A DNA stretch of 64,000 bases from Eledone cirrhosa (taxonomy: Eukaryota), in contig OZ024743.1 of assembly GCA_964016885.1 (NCBI GenBank), forward strand, positions 190,154,001 to 190,218,000, written 5' to 3'. Positions 17,087 to 31,125 of the stretch are shown piece by piece. Numbering within the stretch: the first letter of the stretch is position 1; each line of letters starts with the position of its first letter. A program made the position numbers and the translations under genes. The notes below the pieces were generated by a model. That model was not told the DNA's origin, did no database searches, and saw only the letters and a list, made by a program, of their open reading frames with translations.

Positions 17087-20000
17087 CTTTATTAACCACA
17101 AGGGTTCACATAAAGTAGACATTAAGGACAGTACAGGACAATACAGGACGGTACAAATGGGCATTTCTGCGTGTAAAAAACAAAAACAGAGGATGTAACA
17201 AAAATAACAATGAAAAATTCCCCAATAGGGGGCAGACTTCGTAGGGACATTTGTGGAGAAAGCCCAGTAAAAAGCCACAATGACCCTGACCACCAAGGCA
17301 AGTGCCCTCTCCCAGTTTTCCACCTTTAATTTACAGATATATACTCAGAGTAGGCCCATTCACTCGGGCCATTCTTGCTTCTCTCACCCATCTTTCAACA
17401 AAATGCTGGGAAGAGAGCACTTCCCTCTCTACTCTGATTTTCCTTTTCAAATGAAATTTGAAAAAGTCAATCAGAGCATCACCGAAGAGGTAAGTGTTTG
17501 TCTTCAGCCCTTTCAAACGTGTCCACCATACTATCTCTTTCGCCATGGCCACCAGGCAGATAAAAACTGCCTGCCCTTCCCGGCTAAAGGAAGAGGGCGG
17601 GGCAATCCTCACAATGGACTCAGCTGATAGCTGGATCCGTCCTACACACGACAGCAGGTGTTCGACATAAACCCACAAGTCAGCAATCCTCGGACACTGG
17701 ACGAGTGCGTGCAGGACGGTTTCGTCGCCCTGCGTGCATCTCGCACATGCCCGGTTGACGGCACCTCCATGCCTGTAGAGTTTATCCCGAACCGGCAAGG
17801 ATCCTCGGTAGCACTGCCAGGCCAGAGATTTCTGGAAGTTGTCCATAGGCCCCGGCCCATAAGTTCTTCCGAAGAGATTGGCTAGTTGATTTTCGTCGAC
17901 GCCTTGAGTTTCCCCAAGTACCTCGTCGCTCTTCCCCTCCACTAATCCTCTATAGAACGCCGAGGTGGAGTTTCCACCGATCACATTGCCCGATTGTTCG
18001 AGGGCTGTGAGCGCCTGAAGACATTCCAGTCTCCAGGCGCTCCCTCTCGGTCTTCGCTTGACCCAGGACTGCAGCTCCGTCAAGGAAACGAGCTGGGGAA
18101 AAACGTGTCTAGCAAACGGCGACCACACCTGAGGACCGTCGAGGAAGAGGTGGAGATGTAGCCTGAGCGCGTGCCTGCGCATCATCAGCCACGCATTGCC
18201 CAGCCCTACACGTAGCGGGTGTTGACAGCAGATGGACCGCCTGACCATCTGAGCGCGTCCCTTCCACAAAAAGCGAAAGAGCAAACGCTCCAGCGCAGTC
18301 AGGCGAGGCTTAGGACAAGGTACGTCGGTCAGGCGGTAGCAGATGACAGACGCGATGTACGCGTCAGCCACCTCCGCTCGACCTTTCAGGGATAGCTTCC
18401 TCTCGGCCCATTTCTGGGTGAGAGAAGCCACCCTACTCGTCACCTCGTCCCAGTTTTTATCCGTCTGGAGGTCCGGACCGAACCAGACCCCTAGCAATTT
18501 AACCGGTCCGTCCGTCCAGCGTCCGGCGACGCTGTTGGACGGTATGGACCTGCCTCTCCAGGTGCCGAGCTGCAGGCCCACTGACCTTTCATGGTTGATC
18601 ATTGCGCCTGTCACCGCTTCGTATTCTCTTAGTTTAGTCCCGATCGCCTCGATGTGTTTGGCGTTCGACACCACTACGGTGACATCGTCCGCATATGCTG
18701 ATCGAGCGCATGATGTTGAACGGTTCCGAACGGTGACCGTTCACTCTCACCACAGAGCAGATGTCGCTGTGCATGGAAGCGATCCAGCCTCTGAAGACGG
18801 GCCCAAAGCCAGCCAGCCTCAGGACTGCCGCTAGGTAACGATGGTCGACCCTATCGAAAGCTTTCGACTGATCTAAATTGATCAAGGACCCACCCTTGCC
18901 AGGTTCCCTAGCTACCCTCTCTACGATGCATCGCATGAGGTGGAGGTTGTCGTGGATGGATCTGTCGGGAATGGCGCATGTCTGCGCCTCTCCCACCAGA
19001 CCACCAACGACAAGCGCCAACCTCTTTGCTAGTACCTTGGCAAAAATCTTAAACTCAGTGTTTAGCAGAGTTATGGGCCTGAAATTATCTATGTTATCCC
19101 CCTTGTTCGGATCCTTTCTCAACAGTGCCATCGGCTCACAGAGCTGAGAATTCTCCCGTTCTGTTGCCAGTTGCAGTAGACATCCGCTAAGAGGCCTCCG
19201 AACAGGTCTGGAATCTGTACGTAAAGTTCATAGGGCAGACCATCCAAACCAGGCGATTTACCCCTTGTGCAGCCAGTCATTGCCTCCCGTACTTCAGCAG
19301 CTGTTATCGGCTTTTCGCAACACTCCGCCTCAGTGGTTGAGAGCCGCGGCAGTACGTCGAGGTAGACACTAAAGGCCATCCCTCGACCTGGCCCACCGCT
19401 GCCCCCGAACAGCTGAGCGAAGTGTCGCTGAAAAGCTTCACACATTTGCCCGGGATCGAGTAGCATGCGCCCGTCGTGGTCCACCAAAGACCGGATCGTG
19501 GCTTTGTTGCCACGACGCGCCTCCGCCACTCGGGCTCATTGAACGGCTTTCGTCCTCTCGTGTCTGAGAGCACGCACCCTAGCTCTGACAACGCAGTCAT
19601 CATGCTTTGCATTGAAGAATTGGTCAAGGGCCAATTTCGCGGCAAGTAAGTCGGTCGCGATGCCTTTGCTTAAGCGACTCGTCTAATTTTCTAACTAATT
19701 CTCCCTCTGCTCTATTTTTCTCTATTGCTAAAGCCTTACTAAACCTAATCGATTCTATTCTAATCGCTCTTTTCAGAGCAAACCACCACTTGTTGTTGAC
19801 GATGGCCCCCGTCAACGCCCGCTTAACTAGTTCGCTAATCCGGTCTCTGTAGGCCTTGCGCGCTGGTAAGGACGCGTTTAGCTTCCAGTAGCCGGGTCCT
19901 CGTCTATGAAGCCTATCTAAGTCAAGCACACAGATCACGAATTTGTGGTCCGTGTAGCTGACTATCTTGAATTGTGGACAGCCTATGCTAGACCTATCTA

Positions 20001-22799
20001 TTTCCCTACAAAATACTCTATCTAGATATGATCTGGATGACCCTATGCGGTTTGTCCAAGTCCACATTGGCACATTCGGGAAATCCAATCGGTACCTGTC
20101 AGACAGTTCAAAACGCCTGAGCAGGTTGGTGAGACTCTTGCACACTCCTCCCCTATCGGCTAATCCCACACAGTCCCAGCATGCATCTAAGATCCCGTTC
20201 CAGTCGCCCACTAACACTAAAGAGCGGGACGTTCCAAGAAAGGTCTCCAGACGCAGGTAGAAATCACGCCGCCCTGCTCCTGTTGGGGCATAGATGGCCA
20301 CTAGCCTGAAAGCTTGCTCGTCTCCGCTGGTCACATCCAGCACCACCAACTTACCTTCTGGGTCCAGGAAGATGGCCCGTATGGCGAGATCCAAACCTCT
20401 CCGAAAAAGCACAGCAACTCCTCCCCCCGATCCCGGACGGCTGGGAGATGCGTACACATCGTAGCCGCCGAAGATCGGTGCGAAGGTCCGTGCTTCGGAG
20501 ATTCTGATCTCGCTGATGGCCACTACATCTATGTTTAGTGAGCTGAGGTCGTTGAGCAGGTGGCCCTGATTCCATGACGACCCCAAGCCACGCGCTTTTA
20601 TGCTGCCTATTCTGAGTGAGGTCATGTTGGAATGGAGTGGAAAAGATGGGAAAGACCACTTACCTTACTTCTCGTAGAGGAAGGACGGTTTCTCCATCCT
20701 TTTCACTGCTTGTGGCCTCCTCAGGAAGGATGTCCTTATAAATCCTCCTGGAGACTGCGTGTCGGAAGTCTCCGATGTCTTTGGGGAATTTTTGTTTTAG
20801 TGTCATGCACATTTTCTGTGTGGTGCGAGTGATTTGTATGTGTGGAGGTCGTGTGAACTTTTGGGTTGTTGTGTAATCTTTTTCTGTGATGCTGGTGTTG
20901 TGTTGGATGTAGTGTAATAATTGCTTGTTGTTCAAATTTAATGCTGTGTAGTGTGTATCATTTTGGTTGTTTTGTTTTGTTTGTGTTTGTTGTGGGTTTG
21001 TTTCTGTTTCGCTTTTAGGTGACTTTTGTGGTGTAAGTGATGGTGGTGTTGGAGTTAATGATGGTGATCGTGTTGGTGTTTGGGGTGATGGGGTTGGTGA
21101 TGCTGGTGTGAATGGTGGCATATCTGTCCTAACTTTTTTGTTTGATAGTTAATTTGTTTCCCTCTGTATTTTGTTTTTGGAGGGGGAAGGAAGAGAATTT
21201 TGTCTTTTTTTTTTTTTTTCTTTTTTCCTGATACCGTTTCCCACTCCTCGTCGTCACAATCTGTCTCCAGCTGTGATAGGCCGGGGAGTGGAAAATCCTC
21301 CACAGGCGTTAGTTTTGGTTGTGGCGTGGTGGATGGTGTAGGCGCTGGTGCAAGTTCTGCCGTGTTGGGTGGTAGTGGTGTTGGTTTTGCTACTTTGCTG
21401 GGGTTGTTGCTGTTACAGTTGCTTCTGTTGTTGCTGCTACAGTTGCTGCTGCCATCTCTGCTGCTGGTGGTGTTGGTGGTTGAGTCACTGGTGTGGGTAG
21501 GAGAGGTGGCCTCAACCTTTTAGCCTGAAGGCAGAAAGCCCTTAGGTGGGTTCCTTCACCACAAACGACACACCTAGGCCTTCTGCCCTCGACAATTACG
21601 GTGAGGTGGCTGCCGTCAGTGAGGTCTATTACCTCTGGGATCTCCTCAATGCTTTTTTGGTCCGCTTGGATCAGGAGCTCCATCCCAGATCCGGACCAGT
21701 TCTCCTGCTTTTCTTTCGCTATTTCGATTATCTTGGGATTGGCATCGATGCCGGCGAGAACGGGAGCCAGTAGCCAGGGAATTTCGATGGCCGGTGGAAC
21801 GTGGGTGACCCTGATCTTTACGAGTCTCTGGCTATAATAGCTTGGGACGAATGTGAAGTCGTCACTTCTTAATGGGCCATGGAGTGTTCTCTAGCCTCTT
21901 CTCGTGTTTCAAAGAACACGTCCACGGTTCCATACTTCTGCCTACGTCTGATGTGGATTTTTTTGCCCACACGTCCCAAAGCTTTTTGGATGTGGGACTC
22001 GGATGCCCGTTCCACTCAGCGCGATTTTATATTAATTGTTCAATAAGACACGGTGCATAGGCGGCGATGCTCCATTTAATTAGGTGGGGGGGTGGGGGTG
22101 GGGGGAGGCTGACCCTGTACCCATCTTTCTTTATCATTTTTTTGGCTTCTTCTAATTCCTCCTGAGTTACCTATAATGCTTCGCACTGTTTTGCTACTCC
22201 GGCAAAATTCAGGGTGGTTTTCTTAATGTCATTGTTGTTCTTGTTGTTATAGTTATTTTTGTTATTATTAATTTTAGTTTCAGTTGTGGTGGTGGTGGCG
22301 TCAGTGGTGTTTCGGTGTGGAAGAGTTCATTTTGGTCGAATTCATTTCGATATCACGAGTTAATTAATTTTTTTCTTTTGTTTCTGTTGTCTCTGTGGTG
22401 GTGGTGGGGGAGGCTTTAACACCTGCAGTCATTGGTAATGGCGGGAAATGAATGTCTGCTTGAGACAAATTTAAAATATTGCTACTGCTTATATTTTTAG
22501 TGTTGGTAAACGTAGTCATATTTACAATGGTGGTGTCGTTATGAGGTATTAGTTTGTGAGAAAGAAGTGACTCTGAGTTAGCCTTGATTTTTCAAAGAAA
22601 AATTTTTGTTTGATAATTATAAAAGTTTAAATTTTGGGCTCAAGGCCCCAATCTTTTTGGGTGTCCTTTTTAGATAACAATGTATGTGCAGTTATATACA
22701 GTTAACAATAAAAATGTTCCATGAATGGCAATTTTAAACAACTGAAAATAACAAACCTTTGCGGAGCTCACGATGATACGATTTACTACGAAGGTCGCC
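17084..22799 (-). mobile_element. Tx1/L1-clade LINE copy B (chimera: body as copy A, 3' end as copy C)
   Basis: Same ORF fragments as A at offset +8259; 17084-17475 matches the 3' end of C. Confidence 0.9.
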
Positions 22800-22835
<36 letters not shown>

Positions 22836-22873
22836 CATAATAATAATAATAATCATAATAATAATAATAATAA

Positions 22874-25293
22874 TGCAGTCCTATAGCTCCAACCGAATAC
22901 CTAAACAGGCATGACAGAGCTGCACAATACATACATTGGATAATGTGTAAGCATTTTGACCTGCCCCATCAAAAGAATTGGTGGGAGCATCAACCACCTC
23001 CCATACTTGAAAAAGATCACATCTCAATCTTGTGGAACTTTAGCATCCAAACAGACCGAAAAATAGATGCAAATAGACCTGATATAATATTGAAGGACTT
23101 TCAAAGGAGGGTATGCCTGCTAATTGATATGTCTGTTCCAATAGACAAGAATGTATCTATAAAAACATTTGAAAAATTGAGCAAGTATAAGGACCTGGAG
23201 ATAGAAATTGGAAAAATGTGGAAATTGAGAACTAAAACAATACCAGTGGTTGTAGGCGCTCTGGGAATGATACCTAAGGGGTCTAACGACTACTTATCGC
23301 AAATCCCAGGAAACCCGCGTATAGGAGAAATACAAAAGATAGTACTAATGGGAACTGCCCATATACTAAGGAAGATCCTGTCAATATAAGTACATCACAA
23401 GTCTAAACACTAAGGATGCATGTGTGAATATGTGTGTTCTTTCTTGAACATGGCGGACCTTGTTGTCTCTTGAGGTCACTGGTTGTGACTTGGTGATAAC
23501 TCGTATACACATAAAGCAAGATAAATGCAAATAATAATAATAATAATAAGACATGGAAAACGACACTCCTTTTCAATAGTGAAAAAAAATCACTAGAAGT
23601 TGGAAAAGTTAATATTAATTGTGGAATTTTTCAGGGTGACTCTTTATCACCGCTTTTATTCTGCATCGCACTTATAAAGTCTATGACAAAACCATTAATC
23701 ACTTGTTCTACATGGATGACCTGAAACTATTTGCAAAAAATGATGAAAAATTGCAAGGGCTAGTATCCACTGTGGAGTAATTCAGTGATGACATTAAAAT
23801 GGAATTTGGACTAGATAAATGCGCCAAAGCAACGTTCACCAGAGGAAAGCTGCTGAAACGTTCAGACATTAATCTTGATCGAGGGAATGTGATAAGAGAA
23901 CTTGATCAAGAGGAAAATTACAAATATCTAGGTGTTTGTGAAGGAGACGGAATCAAGCACTCGACAATGAGGGAAAGGATAAGGAAGGAATGTTACCGCA
24001 GAGTAAGAGCAATCTTAAGAACGGAATTGAATGCAAGGAATAGGATCGATGCCATAAACACGCTTGCCATACCAGTAGTAACCTACAGTTACAATGTCAT
24101 CAACTGGTCAAGCACAGAGATCCGTAGGCTCGATACAAAAATACGAAAATTCTTAACCATGCACATCACCCTAAGGCAGATACAGATAGACTATATCTCC
24201 CTAGGAAAGAAGGAGAACGTGAGTTAATCCAGTTAGACATTGCGTTGAAAACTGCAACAATTGGATTATCTACATATCTAAGGAAATCACATGATTGGAT
24301 GATCAAACTGCTGAAATGAAAAACACAGAAAAAGCAAAGTAGGTAAAAGTAACTGCAAAGAAAGAACTGCTACAGAAACTGGCTAAGAAATAGCAAGAGA
24401 AGCCTCTGTATGGAAAATACGCAGAAAGAGCTAACAATCCTGATGTTGACAAAACTTTAACCCATCAGTGGTTGGCATCTTCTGGACTGAAATCGGAGAC
24501 TGAAGGACTGATTATGTCAGCACAAGATCAGTGTCTGCCAACAACAAATTACCATGCCAACATAATAAAAAATGGATGCAACTCATTATGGCGTGTATGT
24601 AAAAAACAACCAGAGACCATTGACCATATAATTTCAATGTGCAGTCCTATAGCTCCAACCGAATACCTAAACAGGCATGACAGAGCTGCACAATACATAC
24701 ATTGGATAATGAGTAAGCATTTTGACCTGCCCCATCAAAAGAATTGGTGGAAGCATCAGCCACCTCCAGTACTTGAAAAAGATCACATCTCAATCTTGTG
24801 GAACTTTAGCATCCAAACAGACCGAAAAATAGATGCAAATAGACCTGATATAATATTGAAGGACTTTAAAAAGAGGGTATGCCTGCTAATTGATATGTCC
24901 ATTCCAATAGACAAGAATGTATCTATAAAAACATTTGAAAAATTGAGCAAGACCTGGAGATAGAAATTGGAAAAATGTGGAAGTTGAGAACTAAAACATT
25001 ACCAGTGGTTGTAGGCGCTCTAGGAATGAAACCTAACGGGTATAATGATTACTTATCGCAGATCCCAGGAAACCCGCGTATAGCAGAGATACAAAAGATA
25101 GTACTAATGGGAACTGCCCATATATTAAGGAAGATTCTGTCAATATAAGTACATCACAAGTCTAAACACCTAAAGATGCATGTGTGAGTATGTATGTTAT
25201 TTCTTGAACATGGCGGACCTTGTTGTCTCTTGAGGTCACTGGTTGTGACTTGGTGATAAATCGTATGTACATAGAGCAAGATAAATGCAACTG
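22874..25293 (+). mobile_element. Duplicated pair of R4/Dong family 2 fragments
   Basis: Same ORFs as 14612-17031 at offset +8262. Confidence 0.88.
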
Positions 25294-25348
<55 letters not shown>

Positions 25349-25592
25349 CTTTATTAACCACAAGGGTTCACATAAAGTAGACATTAAGGACAGTACAGGA
25401 CAATACAGGACGGTACAAATGGGCATTTCTGCGTGTAAAAAACAAAAACAGAGGATGTAACAAAAATAACAATGAAAAATTCCCCAATAGGGGGCATAAA
25501 TCGTAGGGACATTTGTGGAGAAAGCCCAGTAAAAAGCCACAATGACCCTGACCACCAAGGCAAGTGCCCTCTCCCAGTTTTCCACCTTTAAT

Positions 25593-28500
25593 TTACAGAT
25601 ATATACTCAGAGTAGGCCCATTCACTCGGGCCATTCTTGCTTCTCTCACCCATCTTTCAACAAAATGCTGGGAAGAGAGCACTTCCCTCTCTACTCTGAT
25701 TTTCCTTTTCAAATGAAATTTGAAAAAGTCAATCAGAGCATCACCGAAGAGGTAAGTGCTCGTCTCAGCCCTTTCAAACGTGTCCACCATACTATCTCTT
25801 TCACCATGGCCACCAGGCAGATAAAAACTGCCTGCCCTTCCCGGCTAAAGGGGGAGGGCGGGGCAATCCTCACGATGGACTCAGATGATAGCCGGATCCG
25901 TCCTAAACGCGACAGCAGGTGTTCGACATAAACCCACAAGTCAGCAATTTTCGGACACTGGACGAGTGCGTGCAGGACGGTTTCGTCGCCCTGCGCGCAT
26001 CTCGGACATGCCCGGCTGACGGCACCTCCATGCCTGTAGAGTTTATCCCGAACTGGCAAGGCTCCTCGGTAGCACTGCCAGGCCAGAGATTTCTGGAAGT
26101 TGTCCATAGGCCCTGGCCCGAAAGTTCTTCCGAAGAGATTGGCTAGTTGATTTTCGTCGACGCCCAGAGTTTCCCCAAGTACGTCGTCGCTCTTCCCCTC
26201 CACTAATCCTCTATAGAACGCCGAGGTGGAGTTTCCACCGATCACGTTGCCCGATTGGTCGAGGGCTGTGAGCGCCTGAAGACATTCCAGTCTCCAGGCG
26301 CTCCCTCTCGGTCTTCGCTTGACCCAGGACTGCAGCTCCGTCAAGGAAACGAGCTGGGGAAAAACGCGTCTAGCAAACAGCGACCACACCTGATCACCGT
26401 CGAGGAAGAGGTGGAGATGTCGTAGCCTGAGCGCGTGCCTGCGCATCATCAGCCACGGCATGCCCAGCCCTCCACGTAGCGGGTGTTGACAACAGATGGA
26501 CCGCCTGACCATCGGAGCACGTCCCTTCCACAAAAAGCGAAAGAGCAAACGCTCCAGCGCAGTCAGGCGAGGCTTAGGACAAGGTACGACGGTTAGGCGG
26601 TAGCAGATGACAGATGCGATGTACACGTTAGCCACCTCCGCTCGACCTTTCAGGGATAGCTTCCTCTCCGCCCATTTCTGGGTGAGAGAAGCCACCCTGC
26701 TCGTCACCTCGTCCCAGTTTTTGTCCGTCTGGACGTCCGTAAAGAAACAGACCCCTAGCAATTTAACCGGTCCGTCCGTCCAGCGCCCGACGACGCTGTT
26801 GGACGGCATGGACCTGCCTCCCCAGGTGCCGAGCTGCAAGCCCACTGACTTTTCCTGGTTGATCATTGCTCCTGTCACCGCTTCGTATTCTCTTAGTGTA
26901 GTGCCGATCGCCTCGATGTGTTTGGCGTTCGACACCACTACGGTGACATCGTCCGCATATGCTGACACGGATCTTCCGCATCCTATTTCGCGCGGGACTC
27001 CCCTCAACTTCTCCAGTTTGTGCAGTAATGGCTCGAGAGTCAATACGTACAACAGGGACGAGAGGGGACATCCTTGGCGGACCGAGCGCATGATGTTGAA
27101 CGGTTCCGACAGGTGACCGTTCACTCTCACCACAGAGCAGATGTCGCTGTGCATGGCAGCGATCCAGCCTCTGAAGACGGGCCCAAAGCCAGCCAGCCTC
27201 AGGACTGCCGCTAGGTAACGATTGTCGACCCTATCGAAAGCTTTCGACTGATCTAAATTGATCAAGGACCCACCCGTGCCAGGTTCCTTAGCTACCCTCT
27301 CTATGATGTATCGCATGAGGTGGAGGTTGTCGTGGATGGATCTGTTGGGAATGGCGCATGTCTGCGCCTCTCCCACCAGACCACCAACGACAAGCGCCAT
27401 CCTCTTTGCTAGCACCTTGGCCAAAATCTTGAACTCTGTGTTTAGCAGAGTTATGGGCCTAAAATTATCTATGTTATCCCCCTTGTTCGGATCCTTTCTC
27501 AGCAGTGCCACCGCTCCTCGGCTCACAGAACTGGGAATTCTCCCGTTCTGTTGCCAGTTGCAGTAGACGTCCGCCAAGAGGCCCCCGAACAAGTCTGGCA
27601 TCTGTACGTAAAGTTCATAGGGCAGACCATCCAAACCAGGCGATTTGCCCCTTGTGCAGCCAGTCATTACCTCCCTTACTTCAGCGGCTGTTATCGGCTT
27701 TTCGCAACACTTCGCCTCACTGGCCGAGAGCCGCGGCAGTCCGTCGAGGTAGACACTAAAGTCCATCCCTCTACCCGGCCCACCGCTTCCCCCGAACAGC
27801 TGAGCGAAGTGTCGCTGAAAAGCTTCACACATTTGCCCGGGATCGAGTAGCATGCGCCCGTCGTGGTCCACCAAAGACCGGATCGTGGCTTTGTTGCCAC
27901 GACGCGCCTCCGCCACTCGGGCCCATTGAGCGGCTTTCGTCCCCTCGTGTCTGAGAGCACGCACCCTTGCTCTGACAACTCAGCCTTCGTGCTTTGCATT
28001 GAAGAATTGGTCAAGGGCCAATTTCGCCGCAAGCACGTCGGTCGCAATGCCTTTGCTAAGCGCCTCGTCTAATTTTTTTAACTAATTCTCCCTCTGCTCT
28101 ATTTTTCTCTATTGCTAAAGCCTTACTAAACCTAATCGATTCTATTCTAATCGCTCTTTTCAGAGCAAACCACCACTTGTTGTTGACGATGGCCCCCGTC
28201 AACGCCCGCTTAACTAGTTCGCTAATCCGGTCTCTGTAGGCCTTGCGCGCTGGTAAGGACGCGTTTAGCTTCCAGTAGCCGGGTCCTCGTCTATGAAGCC
28301 TATCTAAGTCAAGCACACAGATCACGAATTTGTGGTCCGTGTAGCTGACTATCTTGAATTGTGGACAGCCTATGCTAGACCTATCTATTTCCCTACAAAA
28401 TACTCTATCTAGATATGATCTGGATGACCCTATGCGGTTTGTCCAAGTCCACATTGGCACATTCGGGAAATCCAATCGGTACCTGTCAGACAGTTCAAAA

Positions 28501-29012
28501 CGCCTGAGCAGGTTGGTGAGGCTCTTGCACCCTCCACCCCTATCCGCTAATCCCACACAGTCCCAGCGTGCATCTAAGATCCCGTTCCAGTCGCCCACTA
28601 ACACTAAAGAGCGGGACGTTCCAAGAAAGGTCTCCAGACGCCGGAAGAAATCAGGCCGCCCTGCTCCTGTCGGAGCATAGACGGCCACTAGCCTGAAAGC
28701 TTGCCCGTCTCCGCTGGTGACGTCCAGCACCACCAGCTTACCCTCTGGGTCCAGGAAGATGGCCCGTATGTCGAGATCCAAACCTCTCCGAAAAAGCACA
28801 GCAACTCCTCCACCCGATCCAGGACGGCTGGGAGATGCGTACACATCGTAGCCGCCGAAGATCGGTGCGAAGGCCCGTGCTTCGGAGATTCTGGTCTCGC
28901 TGATGGCCACTACATCTATATTTAGTGACCTGAGGTCGTTGAGCAGGTGACCCTGCTTCCATGACGACCCCAAGCCACGCGCATTTATGCTGCCTATTCT
29001 GAGTGAGGTCAT
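25593..29012 (-). pseudogene. Tx1 ORF2: APE endonuclease + RT + C-terminal Cys/His finger
   Basis: SINARGL, VAISETR, GDWN, TDH; RQGCPLS, AYADDV, LLGV; CPRCAQGDETVLHALVQC; frameshifts near 28075 and 25765 and a TGA near 27980. Confidence 0.88.
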
Positions 29013-29047
29013 GTTTAAAATAGAGTGGAAAAGATGGGAAAGACCAC

Positions 29048-31125
29048 TTACCGTACTTTTGGTAGAGGAGGGATGGTTTTTACATCCCTTTTCACTTGAT
29101 CGTCTGGTGAAGGGACCGTTGAATCGTCCCTTCGGCTGGTCGTCGGCTCTTCTAAGAGAATGTCTGAATATACTCTTCGATTGATGGTTCCTCCTAGGTC
29201 CCTGAAATCACCAACTGCGTTGGGGAATTTCGTTTTAATGTTTGTGTATTGTTTCTGTGCTATTTTTAGCAGTCTTATGTTAGTTGGCGTTTTGATTGGT
29301 ACTGGTATTATGTAGTCCTGTTGTGAAATGTCTGTGTGTTCAATTATGTAAGTCATTAGTTTCTTGTTGTGTGTATTTATTGCCGTGCATTTGTTTTTCT
29401 GGGGGTGGGGTGTGGTTCTGCTATTTTCTTGTCGTTGTTGCTGGGTGTGTGTGTTTTGTTGTTGTGTTTGCGATGTTGGTGCTTGTGGTGGTGGTGTTAA
29501 AGGTGTTGTTGGCGGTGGTGATGGTGGTGCTAGTGTGGGTGGTGATGGTGTTGGTGTTGTTGCTGCTGTGGGTCTCTTTGCAGTAGACTTTACCCTTTTC
29601 TCATTTCTTTCCTCCCTTTTCAAAGGCGACGATGCGCTGCTTCTGCGTTTGTGCCTTCTTACGACCTTTTGCCATCCCTCTCCCACCTCACACTCCATGT
29701 CTGATTCTGTGAGGTCGGGGAGGGGTACCAGCTCCACTCTTTCACTTGTTGTTGGTGATGTTTGCACTGGAGTCTCTGTTGCAGCTGCATTTGGTATTGC
29801 TGTTGTTGTTGTTAATATTTCCACTGCTGCTGCTGTTTTTGATTTCCGTGGAGTGGGTATGGGTGCCACGGACCTATCGTTCCTGGTTGCCGCTTGTCCT
29901 GTTGCTGGTAGCCGTGGAGCCGGATTCGGAAGGAGGGGGGTTTTCTCCTTTCTCAGGGTCTTCTCGTTGCAGAAGGCCCTGAGGTGAGTCTTCGATCCAC
30001 AGCGAAAGCATTTCGGGCGTTTGCCCTCAACACTTATGGGCAGTTGAGTGCCGTTACGAAGTCTATCACATCCGGGATAGCTTCGATGCACTCCTGGTTG
30101 GTTTGGATTAGCATCTCAATGGAGGAGCCGACCCAATCTTCTCTTACTTTTTTCTGTACTTGCAGTACAGTTGTTTTGTCCTCGATTCCGACGAGGACAG
30201 ACGCGGCCAGCCAAGAAGGGGTCATTCCGGGGGGGACGTGGGTTAGTTTGACCCTCACAATTTTTTGCCCACAGTAGGAGGGCACCAACACCATTTCCTC
30301 GCTCCTTAGGGTCACTACTGATTGGGCCTTTGCCTCCTGGGGTGTGGCAAAAAGTACGTCTACGGTGGCATATTTTTTGCCTCGGGTGATGTGCGTTTTC
30401 CGCTGCCACACAGACCCCAAGGCTTTTTGTATTTGGGCCTCTGTGGCTCTTTCCACCCTACGGGATTGTGTACTTACTGTACGATACGTGACCGTACAGT
30501 GCTCTTGGGTTTCGAAAAATTTTTCCGCTGCCTTGCAGATTGCTCGGTGTCCGTTCTTTGTAACCATCTTCTTCGCTTCCTCTAATTCCTCATTTGTTAT
30601 GAGGATTGTTTCCAAGTTTTTCGCAATACCTGCAAATGAGATTGGTTTTTCTCTGCTGTTGTTGTTGTCGTCAGAGCTGCTGGTACTTTTGTTGTTGCTG
30701 CAGGTACTACGACTACTGCCTCCGCCGCTGTTGCTGTGGTTGTTGTTGGTGTTGCTGCTGCTAATGCTGTTGTTGTTTATGCTGCTGGTGATGCTGTTGC
30801 GGCTGCTACTGTTGTTTTCATTGTCACTGTTGCTGTTGTTATTACGGCTGCTACTGCTATTATTCCTGACGTCAGACGAATGAACTGGGTTTTCGTATTT
30901 CCCGCACACCTGTTTCGTCGCTGTCGTCGTCGTCGTGGAGAAACTTTGCACGCTTTGCACGAGACTTTTCTTTTCTTTCGTCACTTGCGAAAGAGAAGGG
31001 AGGGAGAGAGACACATTTAAAGAAGGGAGGGAGAGAGACAATCTTCTCTCTGCTGTAGTGATGATTGAGGAAGAAGAAGACGGAATGAGTGGGAGTGACG
31101 TATGAAATTTCTTTTTCGTAGCCAT
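29048..31125 (-). pseudogene. Tx1 ORF1 gag-like protein, one frameshift near 30060
   Basis: ORFs 31125-30034 and 30091-29048; SFAGIAK motif, CFRCGSKTHLRAFC zinc knuckle, N/S- and P/T-rich tracts; homologous to the ORF1 pieces of A/B. Confidence 0.8.

Larger units (their letters stand above)
9217..25737. repeat. Head-to-tail tandem duplication, unit about 8.26 kb (9217-17475 and 17476-25737)
   Basis: ORF track repeats with offsets of 8259-8262 and near-identical proteins, including shared lesions. Confidence 0.92.
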
